DNA from: an uncultured bacterium
Lineage (GTDB): Bacteria > Krumholzibacteriota > Krumholzibacteriia > JACNKJ01
Length of the DNA: 64,000 bases
Assembly (NCBI GenBank): GCA_963695095.1
Contig: CAVOFT010000001.1
Span: 3,200,001-3,264,000 of the forward strand
Direction: 5' to 3'
In this document: positions 9,742 to 21,300 of the stretch, piece after piece
How positions within the stretch are numbered: position 1 is the first letter of the stretch
Layout: every line of letters begins with the position of its first letter
Translations under genes and position numbers: made by a program
The notes under the pieces: model-generated
The model's database searches: none
What the model saw: only the letters and a program-made list of their open reading frames with translations
What the model was told of the DNA's origin: nothing

Positions 9742-10544
9742 TTGCCTCCGGCGAAGAGCATCTGGAAGAGCACCGCGGCCAGGAAGTAGTCGAGGACGAG
9801 GATCATCAGGCAGTTGGCGACCACGGCCTTCATCGTGGCGCGGCCGACGCCCTCGGCGCCGCCGCCCGCGCGCAGGCCGTAGAAGCTACCCGAGGCGGCG
9901 ATGATCATGCCGAAGAAGAGCGCCTTGGTCAGGCCGGCCACCAGGTCCTTCACGTAGAAGTTGAGCTTGACCCCCTCCATGAACAGGTGGTGGGTCATGC
10001 CGTCCACCGTGAGCATGGCGACGATGTAGGCGCCCCCCATGGCCAGCACGTTGGCCAGCGCCGTGATCACGGGCAGCATCAGGGTGGCCGCCCAGAAGCG
10101 CGGCAGCACCAGGTAGCGCACGGGGTCGATGGCCATGGCCTCGAGGGCGTCCACCTGCTCGGTCACCTTCATGGTGCCCAGCTCGGCGGCGATGGAGGCC
10201 GACACGCGCCCGCCCACGACGAGCGCCGTGAGCACCGGCCCCAGCTCGATGATCACCGAGCGGTGCACCGTGCTGCTGAGCAGGATGAGCGGCACCCAGG
10301 CCTGGAACTGGTAGCTGGCCTGCACGGCGGTGACAGCCCCGGTGAACACAGAGACGACGAAGACCAGCGGCATCGAGCGGTTGCCGATCTCGAGCATCTG
10401 ATCGAGGGTGAGCCGCCAGGTCTTGGGCAGCTGCGGCGTCACCTGCAACACGCGCCAGCTCAGGATGGCCCCGCCGCCGATCTCCTCGAGGAGGCCAAGC
10501 AGGCTCCGGCCCAGGTACTGGCTCGTCTGCAGAAGGGTGTTCAC
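9738..10544 (-). CDS. mlaE: ABC transporter permease, MlaE family
   Basis: ELGPVLTALVVGGRVSASIAAELGTMKVTEQVDALEAM signature; GTG start 10544. Confidence 0.95.
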   Translation of the reverse strand: MNTLLQTSQYLGRSLLGLLEEIGGGAILSWRVLQVTPQLPKTWRLTLDQMLEIGNRSMPLVFVVSVFTGAVTAVQASYQFQAWVPLILLSSTVHRSVIIELGPVLTALVVGGRVSASIAAELGTMKVTEQVDALEAMAIDPVRYLVLPRFWAATLMLPVITALANVLAMGGAYIVAMLTVDGMTHHLFMEGVKLNFYVKDLVAGLTKALFFGMIIAASGSFYGLRAGGGAEGVGRATMKAVVANCLMILVLDYFLAAVLFQMLFAGGK

Positions 10545-10809
10545 GGCCCCCTTTGTACGCGCCGGCCGGCGGCGGGTCAACGAAAAGGCCGGCGCAAGCG
10601 GAAAGCTCCCACGGCGAAGCGGATTGGGCAGGCCGCCTCCGACGAGCCCGGCGGGCACCCGGCCTTCCCGGCCGGCTCCGGGCCGGCCGGCGCTTACCCG
10701 CTATGCCGACCCGCTTTGCCGCTTGCGCCGGGCGCCTTCCGCGCTGCGCGGAGATGGGGTATACTGAGCCCGTTCACCCCTCATTTCGGCCGCCAGCAGG
10801 AAGGTCCCC

Positions 10810-12124
10810 GTGCGCTATCTCCTCCTCGTCCTCGCCCTCGGCCTCAGCACCGCACCGGCCCTCGCGCAGGATCCCTACATCGTCAGCCTGCAGAACCAGG
10901 TCGATCGCCTGCGCATGCTCAACAACATCAAGTGGCTGGAGAACATCGGCGATCCCGATCCCGCCGAGCCCGCCCAGGGCACGCGCTTCGTGGGTTCCGA
11001 GCTCGCCCGCACGGGGTGGATCGTGAATGCCCTGCGTGACTCCCTGGTCAGCTACGGCTGGGACGTGGGCCTCGAGCAGTTCACCATCGTGCACGACACG
11101 CTGGGCACGGTGCCCTGCTGGAACGTCATCGCCCGCCGCGACGGACAGAATGCCGACGCCACCATCATCATCGGCGCGCACTGGGACAGCATCAACAGCC
11201 GCAGCTCCCCCACGAGCTGGGACGACCCCGAGGCCCCGGCGCCCTCGGCCAACGACAACGGCAGCGGCGTGGCCACCCTGCTCGAGATCGGCCGCATTCT
11301 CGGCAACAAGCCGTTTCGCCAGGACGTCGAGCTCTGCTTCTTCGGCGGGCGAGGAACTCTGGATGCGCGGCAGCCGTCACCACGTGGACCGTCTCATGGC
11401 CGCCGGCATCAACGTGGCCGGCTACTTCAACGTGGACATGGTGGGCTACGATTACACGCCCGACGCGCAGCCGCCCACGGGCTGGGACATGAAGCTCTTC
11501 TACGACACGCAGAGCACCTGGTTCAAGAACCTCGTCGTGACCTGGATCAACCAGTACAGCGACATCAACGTCGCCGTCGACCACGTCCATTCGTCCTGGG
11601 CCAACAGCGACGTCTTCCCCTTCTGGCAGGCCGACCGCCCGGCTGTGGGCTTCTGGGAAGGCGACGACCATGCGCCCCAGTACGACAACTGCTGCGACAC
11701 CTACCAGAACAGCTACGTCATCGACACCCAGCACAACCTCGCGCTCGGCCGCTTCCTCGAGGAGATGTGCCGCACGGCCCTCGCCGTCTTCTGCGAATGG
11801 AATGTCGCCAACGTGCTCCAGGGATCGGCGGTGGAGCCGCTGCCCGGCAGTTTGGCGGCGCTCAGCGCCTGGCCCAACCCCTTCCGGGCCGGCGAGGGAG
11901 CCAGCCTGCGCCTCACGCTGCCGCCGGGCGCGGGCGAGGCCGCGAGCGTGGAGATTTACGATGTCGGCGGCCGCCGCCTGCGCGCGCTCAAGCTGGACGG
12001 CACGGGCGAAGCCCGCTGGGACGGCCGCGACGACAGCGGCGCGGCCCTGCCCGCGGGCGTGTACCTGGCACGGCCCACGGGCCTGCCCGCGGCGGCCTCG
12101 CAGCGGGTCGTGCTGCTGCGATAG
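10810..12124 (+). CDS. Secreted M28 family metallopeptidase with FlgD-Ig/T9SS-like CTD; frameshift near 11345
   Basis: Frame 1 has GAHWDS and ANDNGSG. After one extra G, the next frame has GEELWM, NVDMVG, NSDVFPF and the CTD (WPNPF...GVYLAR). Confidence 0.85.
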
Positions 12125-12129
12125 CAAGC

Positions 12130-12194
12130 GGAGGCCCGGGGACCTTCCCCTCGCGCGCGAAACAACGCGCGCTCGAGTAAGGTCCCGGGCCTCC
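12130..12194. repeat. Family-1 hairpin repeat (core CGCGCGCG-AAACAA-CGCGCGC), copy 1
   Basis: Arms GGAGGCCCGGGGACCTT / AAGGTCCCGGGCCTCC around the conserved core; starts 6 nt after the stop. Confidence 0.9.
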
Positions 12195-12290
12195 TCACCC
12201 ACACCAGCAGCACGCCTGCAACGCCCCAGCGGGCAGGCCCGCGGTACATCCCCGCGCGGGTCGCCCCTGCCCCGGCACGGCATGAACGGG

Positions 12291-12352
12291 CGCGGCCTGT
12301 TGCCTTCTCGAGCGCGCGTTGTTTCGCGCGCGAGGGGAGGCAACAGGCCGCG
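12291..12352. repeat. Family-1 hairpin repeat, copy 2 (inverted relative to copy 1)
   Basis: Arms CGCGGCCTGTTGCCT / AGGCAACAGGCCGCG around TCTCGAGCGCGCGTTGTTTCGCGCGCGAGGGG. Confidence 0.9.
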
Positions 12353-12373
12353 ACTTGTCCGCGTCGGGCCGGG

Positions 12374-13954
12374 TCAGAGGCGGTAGGCCAGTCGCATCTG
12401 GATCAGATTGCCGGCGCCGATGTCCCCGCCCGTGTGCCCGATGGTCCCCTGCAGGTCGAGCGCCCGGCTCAGGCGCCAGCCGCCGTGGAGGCGCAGCCAC
12501 TGGCCCTCCTGGTCGGCCATCGCGCTTTCGGCCTCCACGCCCTCGTAGCGCATGAGGCCGAGCCCGAGGCCCAGGTCGAAGCGATGCCCGAAGGCGCGGC
12601 TCAGGTCCAGGCTCGGCACATGGCTGCGCGCGAAGCGGCCGTCCGCGTAGGCGTAGTGCAGCGCGGCCTCGACGCCGCTGCCCGCGATGTCCCCCACGCC
12701 GAGATCGCAGCTCGCGAAGACGGGGCGCTTGTCCTCGTCCTCGCGGTCGCGATAGCCGAGGCTCGCGCCCAGGCTCACGCGGTGCGGCAGGCGCAGGGTG
12801 GCGCCGCCCTTGAGGCCCTGCTGCAGGCTCCGCGCGTAGAGGCTGTCCGGGATCTCGCGCGTGAAGAGCGTGCGCACGGGCTCCCAGCGATCGTAGCTGA
12901 GGCTGAGGCGCAGGCAAGGCCTGGCCTGCAGGTGGAGGCCGGCATTGAAGCGGCTCAGCGTCGTGCTCTCGCCCGCCGCCTCTTCGCGCCAGTCGCGGTT
13001 CAGGTCCAGCTCCGCGAGCTGCTGCAGGGTGACGCGCCCGTAGCGCAGCGTGTTGCGCGTGCTCAGGAACTCGCGGCTCGCGAGATGGCCGTCGTACTGG
13101 CCCACCCAGCCCAGACTGCCGCGATAGGCGTTCGCCCCCGGGGCGCCAGCCGAGTACAGCAGGTAGCTGCCGTAGCCTTGCTTGTCTCTGTCGAAGCTGC
13201 TGTCGGCGAGCCCGGGCAGGCTGCCGGCGAGTGCGCCCACGGACCAGCGCGGGTTCAGGCGCACGCGCAGCTCGCCGCCGTCCCAGTTGCCCGCGCCGGG
13301 CAGGTCGCTGCTGGTGAGTCGCCCCGCCGAGGCCCGCAGGCGGCCCTGGGGGCAGTTCCACACGAGCGCCGCCTCGTAGACGCGGTGCAGCCACTCCTCC
13401 TTGGGCCGCTCGCTGTCCAGCGCGCGGCTGCGCTGGTTCTGCTTGCTGCGCAGGTGGAGGCGGAATTCCAGGGGCTGGCCCCAGAGCCGCTCGGCCTTGA
13501 GTCGCGCGGCGAGGGCCGGCTGCGTGAAGTCTTCCTCGGCGTCGCTGTCGTCCGTGAAGCGCCGCCACTCGACCGCCAGTCGGCCGGTCAGAGTGAAGGG
13601 CGGCGCGCCGGCGGGCTCCAGCGCCGGCTTGCCGTGGAGCGGCAGATCCGTGGGAATGGGCTTGCCCTCGCTGCTCGCGAGGCGCAGGCCGCTCTCGGCG
13701 GCCAGCGGCCCGCTCGCGGCGAGCACGGTGCAGGAGGCCGAGTGCGGCGCCGCGTAGGCCACCTGCAGTGTGGCCAGCGGCGCGCCGTCGCGCTCGAGCG
13801 TGACGAGGTCGCCTTCGGCGAGGCCGTCCACGGCCCCCTTGTCGATGTAGACCGAGGCGTCATTCAGGTGAAGGATGGCCGTCTCGGTCGTCGCCGCGCT
13901 GCTTGCGGCCAGGGCGAGAAGGCCGAGCGCCAGCATCGTCGTCGCGCGCTTCAT
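12374..13954 (-). CDS. Outer-membrane beta-barrel protein with N-terminal small beta domain; cytochrome-associated porin candidate
   Basis: ATG 13954 overlaps the cytochrome stop (ATGA); signal peptide MKRATTMLALGLLALAASSAA; alternating amphipathic strands; ends MRLAYRL. Confidence 0.75.
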   Translation of the reverse strand: MKRATTMLALGLLALAASSAATTETAILHLNDASVYIDKGAVDGLAEGDLVTLERDGAPLATLQVAYAAPHSASCTVLAASGPLAAESGLRLASSEGKPIPTDLPLHGKPALEPAGAPPFTLTGRLAVEWRRFTDDSDAEEDFTQPALAARLKAERLWGQPLEFRLHLRSKQNQRSRALDSERPKEEWLHRVYEAALVWNCPQGRLRASAGRLTSSDLPGAGNWDGGELRVRLNPRWSVGALAGSLPGLADSSFDRDKQGYGSYLLYSAGAPGANAYRGSLGWVGQYDGHLASREFLSTRNTLRYGRVTLQQLAELDLNRDWREEAAGESTTLSRFNAGLHLQARPCLRLSLSYDRWEPVRTLFTREIPDSLYARSLQQGLKGGATLRLPHRVSLGASLGYRDREDEDKRPVFASCDLGVGDIAGSGVEAALHYAYADGRFARSHVPSLDLSRAFGHRFDLGLGLGLMRYEGVEAESAMADQEGQWLRLHGGWRLSRALDLQGTIGHTGGDIGAGNLIQMRLAYRL

Positions 13955-15399
13955 CGCGGCACCTCCCAGCGCTTGCCGGCAAGCACGTCGTGCCAGCCTG
14001 TCGGCGTGTGACACCACTCGCAGCTCGTGGGCAGGCCCACGTCCTGGTGATCGGGGTTCTGCGTGCCGGCGTAGTCGGCCGAGTGGCAGAGGAAGCAGTC
14101 GGAGGGCATGCCGGCGTAGATCCCGGACGTGTGGCAATCCAGGCACTCGGCCTGGGCGTGCTGGCCCACCCCGCCCGGGAAGCCCGACGCGGCATGCGCG
14201 TAGCTGTCCACGCCCTCGAAGCTGGTGGGCGTGTGGCAGAGCAGGCAGTCCGTCGGGAAACCGCCGGCCACGTGCGGCGGGTTGTTCGCCCGGTGGCAGG
14301 CGAAGCAATCGTCCGGCGCGGGCAGGGCCTGGCCGGCCACATGGCAGCTCGCGCAGTCCACGCCGGCGTGGCCCTGCGTGAGCGGGAAGCTCGCCGTGTG
14401 CACGAAGCGCGCCTCGTTCCAGAACAAGTGCGAGACCGAGTGGCACTGCTGGCAGTCCATGCCGAAGCCCACCGCGGCGTGGTCGGGGTTCGCCGTGCCG
14501 GCGTGATCAGCGGCGTGGCAGGCGAAGCAGTCGGTCGGCAGGCCGACGAACTCGTCCCGCTGCACGCTGGTGTGGCAGGCCTCGCAGTCGATCAGCGCGT
14601 GGCGGCCCAGCAAGGGAAAGCGCGTCTGCTGGTGCTCGGTGAGGCGGAAGGCCGAGAGCTTCCAGTCGTGGGGCGTGTGGCAGCGCGCGCAGTCGAAGCC
14701 CAGCTCGCCGCGATGGGCGACATCCTGGTGGCAGTCCGCGCAGCGCACGCCGACGCGGGCGAAGCGCGTGTCCTGGTGGCACTCGCTGCAGGCCGCCTCG
14801 GCGTGGGCGCCCTCGAGGACGAAGCCGGTGGCCGCGGCATGGTCGAAGGTGGACGGCGTGCGCAAGTCGGCGAAGCGAGTCGGCTGGTGGCAGTCCGCGC
14901 AATTCAGCGCGCGGCCGTGCGGGCTCTCGTGGCAGCTCGCGCAGTCGGCGTCCAGGCCCTGGAAGCTGTGCGCCGGGTTCTCGCGGTCGCTGGCCCCGGC
15001 CGCCATGCGCTCCATGTTGTGGCAGCGCTCGCAGAGCAGCTTGGCGTGCGTGCCCGTGAGCGTGAAACCCGTGGGGGCATGATCGAAGCGGCGCTTGCTC
15101 GCCTCGTCGCTCCAGACGGCCAGGCGCTGGCCCTCGGCCTCGTGCTCGCGGTGGCAGGCGCCGCAGTCCTGCTGCTTGCCGATGACGCTGGTGTAGTGGT
15201 AGCCGGCGCCCCGGGCCAGGCCCTTCTCGATGGCCGTGTGGCAGCCGAGGCAGTTGGCGCGATCGATGGCCGGATCGCCCTCTTCGACATGGCAGCTCAG
15301 GCAGGCGTCCTCGCCGAGGACGCCCTTGTGCATGTCCTGGGCGGCGGCCCCGCCGGCCGCCAGGACCAGGCAGAGCGCGGCAAGTATAAGTCCTTTCAC
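13951..15399 (-). CDS. Multiheme cytochrome c, 18 CXXCH motifs in six three-heme modules
   Basis: Counted 18 CXXCH motifs; recurring FDH..TGF.L.G.HA spacers; signal peptide. Confidence 0.93.
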   Translation of the reverse strand: MKGLILAALCLVLAAGGAAAQDMHKGVLGEDACLSCHVEEGDPAIDRANCLGCHTAIEKGLARGAGYHYTSVIGKQQDCGACHREHEAEGQRLAVWSDEASKRRFDHAPTGFTLTGTHAKLLCERCHNMERMAAGASDRENPAHSFQGLDADCASCHESPHGRALNCADCHQPTRFADLRTPSTFDHAAATGFVLEGAHAEAACSECHQDTRFARVGVRCADCHQDVAHRGELGFDCARCHTPHDWKLSAFRLTEHQQTRFPLLGRHALIDCEACHTSVQRDEFVGLPTDCFACHAADHAGTANPDHAAVGFGMDCQQCHSVSHLFWNEARFVHTASFPLTQGHAGVDCASCHVAGQALPAPDDCFACHRANNPPHVAGGFPTDCLLCHTPTSFEGVDSYAHAASGFPGGVGQHAQAECLDCHTSGIYAGMPSDCFLCHSADYAGTQNPDHQDVGLPTSCEWCHTPTGWHDVLAGKRWEVPR

Positions 15400-15570
15400 G
15401 GCTTCCACTCCCGGGCTGGGGTTGCCCCGCGGCGGACGGCCAGTCCGGTCCGCAGGTTCGGCCGCCGATCAGAGTAGGACAAGCCTGTCCGGGAGGAAAG
15501 GACAATTTCAGGCAAGGGAAGCAGGATTACCCGGAATCGCCGCCGGGGCCGACCCGGCACGGCCCCAACA

Positions 15571-15636
15571 GACGCGGCCTGCTGTCTCCTCGAGCGCGCG
15601 TTGTTTCGCGCGCGAGGGGAGATGGCAGGCCGCGTC
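15571..15636. repeat. Family-1 hairpin repeat, copy 3
   Basis: Arms GACGCGGCCTGCTGTCTC / GAGATGGCAGGCCGCGTC around the same core; just downstream of the icd stop. Confidence 0.9.
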
Positions 15637-15658
15637 AATTGAGGGCGTGTCGGGTGAG

Positions 15659-16960
<1,302 letters not shown>

Positions 16961-17119
16961 CGACTGCTCCTGAGCGCTGGCGGTGATCGGGGAGCCCCGG
17001 GCGGGCCGCCCCAGGGGGCTAAGCGGACATTGGGATAATGATACTCGCTGGCGGCCCGGCTGCAAGGCACTAGGCCCTGGGCGCGCTTGGGCGCCGACTA
17101 TCGCAACTGCGGGTCGCCC

Positions 17120-18220
17120 CTATTCCGGTTGCGCGTGATCGGCGAGCAGGAGGCCCAGCTCCGCGCAGGCCGCGAGCAGCTCGCGGGGGCTGCCGTAGGC
17201 CTCGCGCAGGGCTTCCCGGCCCAGACGCCCCTTGTGGGCCAGGATGAGCAGGCGGCCCTCGCGGCTGTCCCCGGCCCGCTCCCGAAAGCGACGGCGGCGC
17301 TGGCCGGCCGCTAGCGCCGCGAAGCCCGGCTCGGTCTCCAGCTCAGCGAGCAGCCCCCGGCAGCGCCGGCCCAGGCTCTCGAGCAGGAGGTCCAGGCCGG
17401 CCTCGGCCCGGGCCTGGAAGCGGTGCAGGCGCTCGCGGCGCTCGGCCAGGCCCGCGGGCAGGTCCGCGCGGCAGTCGATCTCGTCGAGCAGCGCCCGCAA
17501 CTCGGACCAGCCGAGATCGGCGTGGGCGGCGAGGTCGAAGCGGCGCAGGGCTCCGTAGTCCTGTCGCTGGAGCTGCCAGTAGCGCGCCCCCGCCTTCACG
17601 CTGATCACCTTGAAGGCCGGGAGCAGGAGGCCCGTGAGCCGCCCGCCCCGGCAGCAGCCCGTGTCCAGACCCCAGATGCGCTCCGCGTGCACGAAGGGCT
17701 TGCCCGTCTGCAGATAGTCGAGATGGCCGACGATGAGCGGCAGCTCGCCATCGTAGAGCTCGTACCAGGGTCGCTCGTGCTGCGACCAGAGCCGCTCGAG
17801 GCCGCCGGGCAGGCCCGTGAGCACGTCCGCGCGCTGGCGCGCGAGAGGACGGCCCGGCTCCCAGTAGGCATGGACGACCAGGGCCTCGTCCAGCGCCCGG
17901 GCGCGGGGCAGGCCGGCCATGTAGCGGCAGGCTTCGCGGTAGTCGCCCTCGCTCCACTGCAGGCGGGCCAGCTCGTGGGCAAGGCCCAAAGGCGTCCGAT
18001 CGAGCGAGCCCTCGAGGTGGCGCTCCTCGTGGTTGCCGCGCAGGCTGGCGGCCTGCGGCGTGTCGCGGAAGAAGGCGAGCACGCGCGGCGAGTCCGGCCC
18101 GCGGTTGACGAGATCCCCCACCGAGAGGATCAGGTCCTCCGCGCCGGGCCCGGCCTTGTCGAGCAGGGCCTGCAACTCGGCCCAGCAGCCGTGGATGTCG
18201 CCGATGACGAGGGTGCCCAT
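17120..18220 (-). CDS. Metallophosphoesterase (ApaH/PrpA-like calcineurin family)
   Basis: GDIHG, GDLVNRG, GNHE and LDTGC motifs. Confidence 0.9.
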   Translation of the reverse strand: MGTLVIGDIHGCWAELQALLDKAGPGAEDLILSVGDLVNRGPDSPRVLAFFRDTPQAASLRGNHEERHLEGSLDRTPLGLAHELARLQWSEGDYREACRYMAGLPRARALDEALVVHAYWEPGRPLARQRADVLTGLPGGLERLWSQHERPWYELYDGELPLIVGHLDYLQTGKPFVHAERIWGLDTGCCRGGRLTGLLLPAFKVISVKAGARYWQLQRQDYGALRRFDLAAHADLGWSELRALLDEIDCRADLPAGLAERRERLHRFQARAEAGLDLLLESLGRRCRGLLAELETEPGFAALAAGQRRRRFRERAGDSREGRLLILAHKGRLGREALREAYGSPRELLAACAELGLLLADHAQPE

Positions 18221-18258
18221 GCCGGCACTCTGTGCGCCGCGCAGCGCCCGGGCAAGCC

Positions 18259-18300
18259 GAAAAAAGGCCCCGGCGCGGATCCGGCGCCGAGGCTCATTTC
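18259..18300 (-). terminator. Probable intrinsic terminator of the C25 gene
   Basis: Minus strand GAGCCTCGGCGC...GCGCCGGGGCC followed by a T-tract. Confidence 0.55.
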
Positions 18301-18310
18301 GCAAGCGAGT

Positions 18311-18355
18311 TCGTGTCCAGGTCGCGCGCGTTGTTTCGCGCGCGGGAGGACGCGG
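18311..18355. repeat. Family-1 hairpin repeat, copy 4 (shorter, degenerate)
   Basis: CGCGCGCG-TTGTTT-CGCGCGCG core with CGTGTCC/GGACGCG arms, 8 nt from the stop. Confidence 0.8.
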
Positions 18356-18362
18356 CGGCGCG

Positions 18363-21300
18363 CTATTTGACGAGCAGCATCTTGCGCTGGATCCGCTCCG
18401 CGCCCACTTCCAACCGGTACAGGTAGACGCCCGTGGCGACCGCGGCGCCCGCGCTGTCGCGGCCGTCCCACTGCAGGTTATGCCAGCCCGCGGGGAACTC
18501 GCCTTCGGCAAGCGTGGTCACCTCGCGGCCGCTCACGTCGAAGATCGTGAGCCGGACGGCCGCGGGCGCCGGCAGACCGAAGCTGATCGCCGTCGTGGGA
18601 TTGAAGGGGTTCGGGTAGTTCTGGCCCAGCGCCAGCGCGGCGGGCGCCGCGTCGGCGGCGGTGCCGTCGCTGTTCACGATGAGCATCACCGGCACGAGCA
18701 GCGGTCCGGCGCTGGTGTTGATGGCCAGCGTGGTCTCATAGCTGCCGATGGCCAGGCCCGTCGCATCGAAGTGGAGCAGGATGCCGGCGCTGCCGCCCGC
18801 GGGCACGCTGCCCGTGCTGCCGATCGCGCCGAGCCAGCCGGGCAGGGGCGCGGTGTCCAGGGCGAAGTAGAGCAGCGAGCCCGCAGCGCCCGTGTTCTGC
18901 ACCTGCAGCGTGCGGTCGGTGCTGCCGCCGATCCACAGCGTCGTCTCCATGCTGGCCGGCAGGGCCGTGGCCTCGGCGATCAGCGCGTCGTTCAAGGGCA
19001 GGAAGCGGATGGCGCGGTTCGCCACCGGATTGCCGGCCGAGGCCGGGTGCTGGTTCCAGTAGCTGATCAGCAGGCCGTCCGTGCGGTCGCCGTTCATCAT
19101 GCCCACCGTGGCATAGCCGTTCTCGCTGTCGACGTTGTTCACCAGCTGGTACTGGAAGATGAACTCGCCGTCGCCGGTCGCCGTCGGGTAGAAGGCCGGA
19201 TCGAGCAGGATCAGCTCGAAGTTCTCCTGCGAGTTGCCCCAGTCGTTGCGCAGGCGGCTCCACTGCACGATGTAGCGGTGGTTGGCCGTGTCCGACAGGT
19301 AGTACACCAGGTCGCTGCCGCTCTGGTAGAGGTTGTCCCAGAAGGGCGCGATCATGTAGGGCGGCCCGCCCACGCCGGGAAGCGGGTAGTTGCGGAAGCC
19401 CACCAGGTAGGTCGAGCCCATCGCCACCCAGCCGTTGGAGCAGATCGAGATGTCGTCGAAGTCCTGCCCGAAGTAGCGGAAGGTGAAGGGCAGGGGCAGC
19501 GTGTTCGTGTCGTCCGAGCTGCCGAAGTCCGTGAGGCCGACGCTCGTGCCCGCGCCGCCGTAGTTGGGCGCGATCTCCACCCAGTTGTAGACGGGCGCCT
19601 GGGGATGGCTCGTGTCCGTGCTCTCGAAGGCGTAGTAGCCGTAGGCGCTGGGACCCGTGGGCGAGCCCAGGCTGGCGCTGCCTACCGTGAGCTGGAACTC
19701 CACCTCTTCGATCGCGCGCTCGTTGTAGCTGAGCAGCAGGCTGAAGCTGGCCAGATGGCCCGGGAAGGCGGCGCTGGACACGCTGAGGGTGAAAGGATCG
19801 CCGGCGTTGTTCCCGCCGGCGCCGAGGGCGAAGTCCGGGAAACTGCCGACAGGGTCGCCGACCGTCACCCAGGGACTGTGGCTGACGAGCGTGGCGCTCA
19901 CCCCGCTGGCGACGGCGCTGCCCGTGTTCTGCAGCGTCAGGCTGAGCGTGCCGCCCTCTCCGGGATCGAGGCCCGCGCCGCCGCTCCAGGCGAAGCTCTG
20001 ATAGTCGAGCGCGGCGCTCGCCACGTCGAGGCGGAGCAGAGAGGTCCAGGTCGACAGGCCGCTGGTGACGGTGACCACCAGATCGACGAGATGGCCGTTG
20101 GGCGCATCGGGCGCGAGGGCGAAGAGGAAGGGCGCATCGCCCCAGACCGTGCCGCCCGCGGGGATGTTCGCGAAGCCCTGCGTTGCTTCCAGGATGCTGA
20201 CATAGGGGTCCGTGCTGCCCAGCTTGGCGCTGACGTTCGTCGCCGCGTTGCTGCCGAGGTTCTCGAGCGCCAGGGCCAGCTCGATGCGCTCGCCGGGTCC
20301 GAGGCGGCCGTCGGCATTGCCGAGGCTCGCGCCCGCGGCGTCGTCGTCGAGCAGGTGATCCGCGAGGGTCGCGTACATCGCCTGCGGGGCGATGTTCATG
20401 CTGCCCAGGTGCGCGAAGAGATTGTGCCCCGACACCGTGACCAGCAGCGCGCCGGCGCTCAGGTTCGTGGGCAGCGGCAGCACGACCTGGCCCTGGCCAT
20501 CGGTGTAGCCCGTCTCGCTGAGAACGCCGCTGCGGTAGAGCGTGACGCGGGCGTCGGCGACGGCCTGGCCCGCGCTCCGCACGCTGACGGGAACGGCGTT
20601 GGCGCCGGGCGGCAGCGTCGGCGGATAGCTGACCGTGAGCGGGGCGGGGTAGCCCGTGTACATGTCGGTGGCCGGATCGCCCATCAAGTTGTTCCACACG
20701 GACCAGATCTCCACCCGGCTCGGCTCCGCGAGCTGATAGGTGCGATAGAGCTCGAGCTTGCCCCGCGTGTGCGCCACGCCGAGGCGGTGATCGCTGCCGT
20801 TGATGGCGCCGTCCCAGCAACCCTTGTAGTAGGTGTTGTTGTAGCGGGTGTGCGTGCCCCAGGTGGCCGTGCCGACCGCGCCGATGCCACCGCCGTTGGG
20901 CGCCTTCGTCCAGGCCTCGGAGATGGCCGTGGCGTCGCTCTTGAAGGAGCCGGTGCCGCAGGTCACCACCACGGCGAAGGGCAGCTCGCCCCCGTTGCTC
21001 AGGGCCTGGATGGCGCTGCTCGTCATGCCGCTCATGTTGAGGTAGCCGCGGTAGCCGAAGACGGTGAGGCCGGCGTTGGCCTGCTGCGTCATCTGGCTGG
21101 CGAAGTTGCCGCTCCAGATGGTGTCCACCTGCGTGTAGCCATGGTCGAGGAGCTGGGTCTTCACCCACTGGTTCACGTAGACCACGCCGATCCCCGACTG
21201 GCTGGGGTCGCCGCAGAGGCTGGCGCGGGTGAACCAGCCGCTGTCGGCCAGCGGCGGGTTGGTCTCGTAGTTGAGGATCTTGGCGACGATGATGTCCAGC

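Noticed and set aside
13955..14446. 5' extension of the beta-barrel ORF
   Set aside because: It lies inside the cytochrome gene; the real start is ATG 13954 with GGAGG RBS and signal peptide
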